A stretch of 64,000 nucleotides of DNA, from positions 9,796,001 to 9,860,000 of the forward strand of contig JBHGNT010000010.1 of assembly GCA_043228905.1 (NCBI GenBank). Direction: 5' to 3'. This DNA comes from Azolla caroliniana. Its lineage: Eukaryota > Plantae > Polypodiophyta. Positions 58,554 through 64,000 of the stretch are shown here, one piece after another; the first letter of the stretch is position 1; each line of letters opens with the position of its first letter. Below the pieces are notes generated by a model that worked only from the letters and a program-made list of their open reading frames with translations, was not told the origin of the DNA and did not search any database. The position numbers and the translations under genes are program-made.

Positions 58554-61500
58554 TGTCTCGCCTTTGGGCACCGGATCGTTGTGTGAGTCCGTTGGGAACC
58601 GTTGGGGTTTTAGACTGGAAGGATGAGGAATTTGAGGCAAATAAGAATATAAGATTGAAAGAGAGAGATGTAGAAAACCTCGTGAATTCCACGAGTGTAT
58701 TATATTAGATTAATCAACCCTTAGAACCCTAATAGTATATTGGAATAGATTAGAAAAGATAGATTGAAAAATCGTGAATGACACGAGTATAGTACATTAG
58801 ATCAATATTTAGAAATCCTATTAAAACCCAAGAATCAACAACCACAATACTTATTTTTCTTCCCCTCATATAGTGATGGAAGAGGCTAAGTATAGCTTAC
58901 CACATGACAAGCATCAAGCTTTCTCTAAAGTTCATGCACACTAGATGTGCATGAATCCATTTTTCTATCATGGTTTTTCTTCTAATTATAGTGTTCATGC
59001 ACGCTAGATGTGCATGAATAGCTTTTTCTATCATGTGTTTTCTTCTAACTAAAGTTTTATGCACGCTACAGGTGTATAAGTAGCTTTTTCTAGAATTTAT
59101 ACTTAAGGATAAGGTTTTCTAAATGTTAAATCCATAATCATATTACTCATAATGATTTGGTACAATGGTAAGGTTTGGGTTTGTTTACATGGAGGTATAA
59201 GGTTTGAATCCTGCCCCATGCATGAAACATATCTTTTAGTAATTTCTTCTATTTCTATATTTTTATTTAATCGGGTATTCCATATGTTTTTTACATGGTG
59301 TACAAATTACACTACAACACTTGCCTCCTCTGAACCTGCACATCCTCCGGTATGTGCCGAAGTGGCCAGTGGTTGTTACTTTGTCTCTTCCCCTATATTG
59401 ATTATTAATTCTAACCCACTTTCTTTGCTTTCCACACCTCCATGATCCTTGTTCGATTGCTCCTCTATGTCGAGGTTGTTTAAGATTATGTAGGGTTTGG
59501 CATCACTTCACTTCTTGAATATCTTCACCCGCTTCCCCGCTATAGGCACCCGTATTATTGTTCCATCCAGCTCACATAGTCGGTAAGTTCCATTATCGAA
59601 TACCTTTTGAACCTCGTATGGTCTAAACCACCTTCAAGTGAATTTCCGTATCGTTTTGTGTCGATGATCCAAACTGTTGTCGTATACTATCACCCAATCC
59701 CCTTCTTCAATCTTCCATGGTTGAAGTCGGTGCTTTGTGTTGAATCGACGTTTGTTCTGGAATCACACTTCTGGTTGTCGGCGTGTCCCTTTCGCTAAGT
59801 CTTTTGGTGTTCCTTCTAGTTGTCGTATCCGGACCACTAGAAGTTCTTCCCGACTCATCTCTTCCTGTCATGGTAGCGCCATCCATGTCACAATTGCAGA
59901 TTTCGTAGGCATTACCGGAGCTTGTCCGATCATAAGTTTTGTTGGCATATAACCGGTTACTGAACTATGCGTTGTGTGATCCACCCATAGTGCATACGGA
60001 AGCATCTGCGACTAGAGCTTCACCCTTCCATCACACACTTTTGCCAGTGCTTTCACGATTGGACTATGTCCTCGCTCGATCTTCCCGTTGACTTCTGGAT
60101 TGTATGTCATGGTTAGTGTAAACCGTACTCCATGTTTGGCGAAGATTTCCTTAGCTTCATCGGAGTTAAGTTCTCCCTAATCCGCAATCACTTGCCCTAC
60201 GCACCCGTACCTGTAGAATACTTATTCCAAACGAAATTGGCATACCGCAGAACATGTTTTCCTTTGTAACGCCCGACCTTCGAATTGGTTTGTCAGATCT
60301 TCCTGAGGTAGCACCAAGTACTTCTTTTGTTCGATCCGGGTTGGCATGACCACAATGTCAACCATCCATTTGAAGTTGATTGTCGGTCGGAATGTCGGAT
60401 GTAATTCATCTCGGTGTTGAACTCCAGAGTAGATTTGACATTTCTCACAGCTTTCCGTGAACTCCACTACATCTTTGTACATATTCTTCCACCAATAATT
60501 TTGCTTGATCTTTGCAAATGTCGCCCATGTTCCCCGATGTCTGTGAAATTAAGATATTATTTGTTTTTGTTGTTCCTTTGTGCCAACTACCCGTAGTGGT
60601 ATGCCATCCGATCGTTTCGGCTCCCTCTAGATTAATCCATTGTTCAAGACGAACTTCCCGACTTGTCGCTTCTTTTTCTGAATCGTGGCTCTCTTTTCTT
60701 TATTATCTGATGATTCCTCGATCTCTTGTAGTGCTTTACCGATTATCAAGCTTTCTCCTTTGTATTCGTCTTCCCGGAATTTCCGGATTACGTCAACCCG
60801 ATATATATGCTCCGAAGTAAAGTTGTATTTCGAAACTTCTTCATTATCTGATTCGACAATGTCATCTCCGAACCGTGCCCTTGACAGCATATCTGCTACC
60901 ACGTTGTCTTCTCCCGAGATGTGTCCTACCTCTGGATTAAGTGACATTATGTATGCAATCCATCTTAGCATAGCCACATCTGGTATCGTGCAACATTGGA
61001 AGACAATATGTTTCGATCACCACTTCGACTCCAATCAAGTAATCCTGATCTGATATTATTGCTGACACGAGTCCCCATAATTCTCATTTAACTTGTGCAT
61101 ATCCGCGTTGCTGTTCGTTGAGAACCTTTGCTCTAAATCGAATCAGATATCGTGAACCATCCAGATCGGCTTGGTTGATGACCCAACCAATCCCGGTTGG
61201 TATGATCGGTCGGTCATAGTTTGACTTCTTAAGTGCTTCTGCCCTCCGTAGTGCTTTCTTGAGCTTCCTCATGGCTTTTGTGTGTTCCGGATCCCATTTG
61301 AACTTCTTCCCCTTTCGCAGTAGGTGATAGAGTGGGTTTGCAATGTGTGCATAATGTGGAATCCATATGTGATAGAATGCACATGCCCCAAGGAACCTGC
61401 GGACTTCGGATTGTGACTCACATATTTCTTTCATGGCTTGGATCGCATCAATCTTGGATGGTGACGGTCTTCAGCCGTAGGGCCCACATAAATGTCTTAC

Positions 61501-64000
61501 TACCAATATCTCTTCTTGTCTGAACACTGATTTCTCTCCCTACAGTGTTAGGTGCAAAACTTCTAACTTCTGTAGCACTTTCTCACAATCACAAATATGG
61601 TCAACTATGAACTTTTGGCATCCCCGATCATCCATAGTCTCATCCAATTCTTCCACCGCACATCCTTTCATCGGAATGTCATCTAAGAATGACATCATTA
61701 TCTCCGGAATGCAGTCTCGAAGTACCTTGTTCATTGCATTCATCATATGTGCAACCGAGTTCGTTGCTCCTTGTGGTAGCGTACACATCCAAACTAGCCC
61801 TATCGATGTCCTCATTGTGGTGATATCCTGACTATCCATGGCTAGTTGGAATTGGTCATATCCAGAGTATAGATCTCCGATGGAGTATATCGTGCGTCCG
61901 GCAAACGCTTCCACAAACTTATCCACTATCGAACCGACTCGAGAGTTCCAGATCTTGACCTTGTTCACCGGTTGCAAACCTTGAATGAACCGGAGTGACC
62001 CATTCTTCTTCGGAACTGTGAACCATCAATTTGAGTACGGAGCGTTTGATGGATCTAGAATCCCCATCATCACCTTCTCCTTGAGCAAGTCAATGATTTT
62101 CGGAATATGCACCTTTGGCACCGGAATCGGCTTTAGGTTCCACGGCACATGTTCAATCATGAAGATCACCATTGGCTCCACTATCTTCGAATAAACGCAA
62201 CCTATCTCTTTTGATGAGAATGTGAATGCTTTGCCATGCTGCTCCAACATCTCTCGAAATCATTCTTCTTCATTTTGTAAGAGGAACCTACCTCCACCAC
62301 TCCGGAGTTTCTTCTAGGTTTCATCTGTAAATGTATGTCCAATATCCATGGACTTCTGAAGTGTCGGATCTCCCGATATTTCTTTCCTCTTTTGTTCACT
62401 ATTGGCAGGTAACGGTCCCACTGACGGTTTCACCTATTCCACGGTCTTATATTTTGTACATTGCTTCTTCTTTGCGGAGTGCATCCAGCCCCATTTCTGC
62501 AATGATCTCATACATCTCGACCAATTCCACTGGAACTACCCGGTCTCCAGGCTATCCTCTTCCACAAGCTCTTCAAGCCGTTGTAGCGTGCTCCCATATA
62601 ACATTTTTTCGACTACTCCCATGATTTCTTCATCTTCTTTTATTATTAATACAAACCGTAGCTCATCTTGCATCTTCCGGAGTTCTTTCTTCATTTCTCC
62701 GGTCACAACCATGTATGTAGATGCCACATTCGAACTTATTCGCACTTGTATTGCTCCGAGATTTTGCTCTTGTTTGGGGTATCATGGCTTCTTGGACTAT
62801 CACTTCCCCACTCCGCGACAATCCTCTTTAAAAATCCCATTTTGTCTAGGACAAGAGCTCGCTCTTGTTCCTTTCGTGATTCGACGGCATGGTTTGGAAT
62901 TGAATAGGTTTCCCACTTGGCTCCAAATTCGTGCAAAAGCCGCTCCGTTGTCAAGCACTTTGGTTTCCATCCGCGAAGCCGTGATGAAGGGTTGCCTGAG
63001 GATCATGGAATGTGAGACCTCATCTTGCATGAAGAAATTTTGGTCAATCTCCACATCTCTGATCTTCACCATCACATCCAGACAAGCTGCAAATAGATCT
63101 TCCATTGCTTTTATGGCTGCCTGAATCTTCCATCCATGACTGGTGTTAATAGGTCACTTCCCCTTCCGGTAGAACTCCTTAGACATCTGATTGATCTTCG
63201 ATCCATGATCAATCAACGCAACTACAGGCTCTTTGATGTTTCCAATTCGGACCAGAGTTTTCGTAGTTGCTCGTGCCCAGTGTGGCTTTGTGTAGTGGGA
63301 GTTCGGAATTTCGTCCTCCGCTTCCGCTTCTATGTTGTTCATTAGAATAGTATTCTCATTCACCCTTGGAGCATTTGAATCTTCCGTATCTTGCCTCTTT
63401 CTTTTTACGAGATCCACAAGGAGATCGTAGAACTCCTTCGCAATTCTGAGCAATTCTCGGAGGGAAAATTCCACCCGACTATGAAGGATTCTCTCTTCGA
63501 ACACCTTCTTTAGATCCGTATGTTGTTCGATGTCTGACATGAGTTTGAATGCCGGAATCGTTTTCCCTTTTCCTTTCCCTTCAGAGTTCCAGCTCTCCGG
63601 TGTCTTCAATGGTTCGGCCGCATCACTCGTGCATCATCACTTCTCATCTACATACACCTCATGTAATTGACATAAGGCGTATATGCTACTTTTATCTATG
63701 GGGCACTCCCATCCCGTAGCTTCCTAGTTGCCTTCCGCCGTGCTCCGGATTTCACCAGAGTCGGTTTTCTCGAAAATTTCTAGCACGTCCGGCCAGAAAG
63801 ATGCCTTCACTCTAGATGTCTCACCTACACGTATTCCCGTGGTTGTCGCATAATTACTTTTTGCCGCTATCTCCTCGTCTAGGACCTTCTTCATGCCGCC
63901 TTTTCGGAAGTTAGGCCGGAGTGGCTTCCGAGAGTCCATCGAATGGATCCGATTTCCCTCATAGTAGATGAGATCCCTTCGTAGAGCCTCCTTGCGTTCA
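58554..64000 (-). mobile_element. Degenerate gypsy J (same family as A; 5' part outside window), 3' LTR 58554-59319
   Basis: Collinear with 290-5802 in reverse; many stops and frameshifts; frameshift signal at 62775-62837. Confidence 0.95.
59155..59224 (+). ncRNA. tRNA-like Pol III module in the gypsy J LTR
   Basis: A-box TGGTACAATGG at 59158, B-box GGTTTGAATCC at 59201 (43-nt spacing), TTTT about 15 nt after the module. Confidence 0.6.

Noticed and set aside
1-64000. Gypsy A and J as terminal inverted repeats of one giant element
   Set aside because: They differ greatly in decay and each interrupts a different host element, so they are independent insertions

Overview
Eukaryotic land-plant genomic DNA (TE families and intron style suggest a non-seed plant such as a fern, lycophyte or bryophyte; this is inference). 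One host gene is present: a 7-exon WDR44/Rab11BP-like WD40 gene on the minus strand (28076-36781). It lies between two dense retrotransposon clusters containing Ty3/gypsy, Ty1/copia, L1/Tx1-like and RTE LINEs, solo LTRs, hAT MITEs and three tandem arrays. Most notable observations: (1) Seven LTR copies from at least three LTR types carry a tRNA-like A-box/B-box module near the LTR 5' end, always antisense to the element. This would be a tRNA-based analogue of the 5S module in Cassandra LTRs. (2) Three gypsy copies from two families share a G_GAU_UUU -1 frameshift site plus an H-type pseudoknot with covarying stems, located after the protease. (3) A 187-bp satellite is arising from a LINE ORF2 segment. 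(4) A young copia element has an intact Gag-PR-IN ORF but no RT or RNase H. All coordinates were read by eye, and the ends of degraded elements are approximate.
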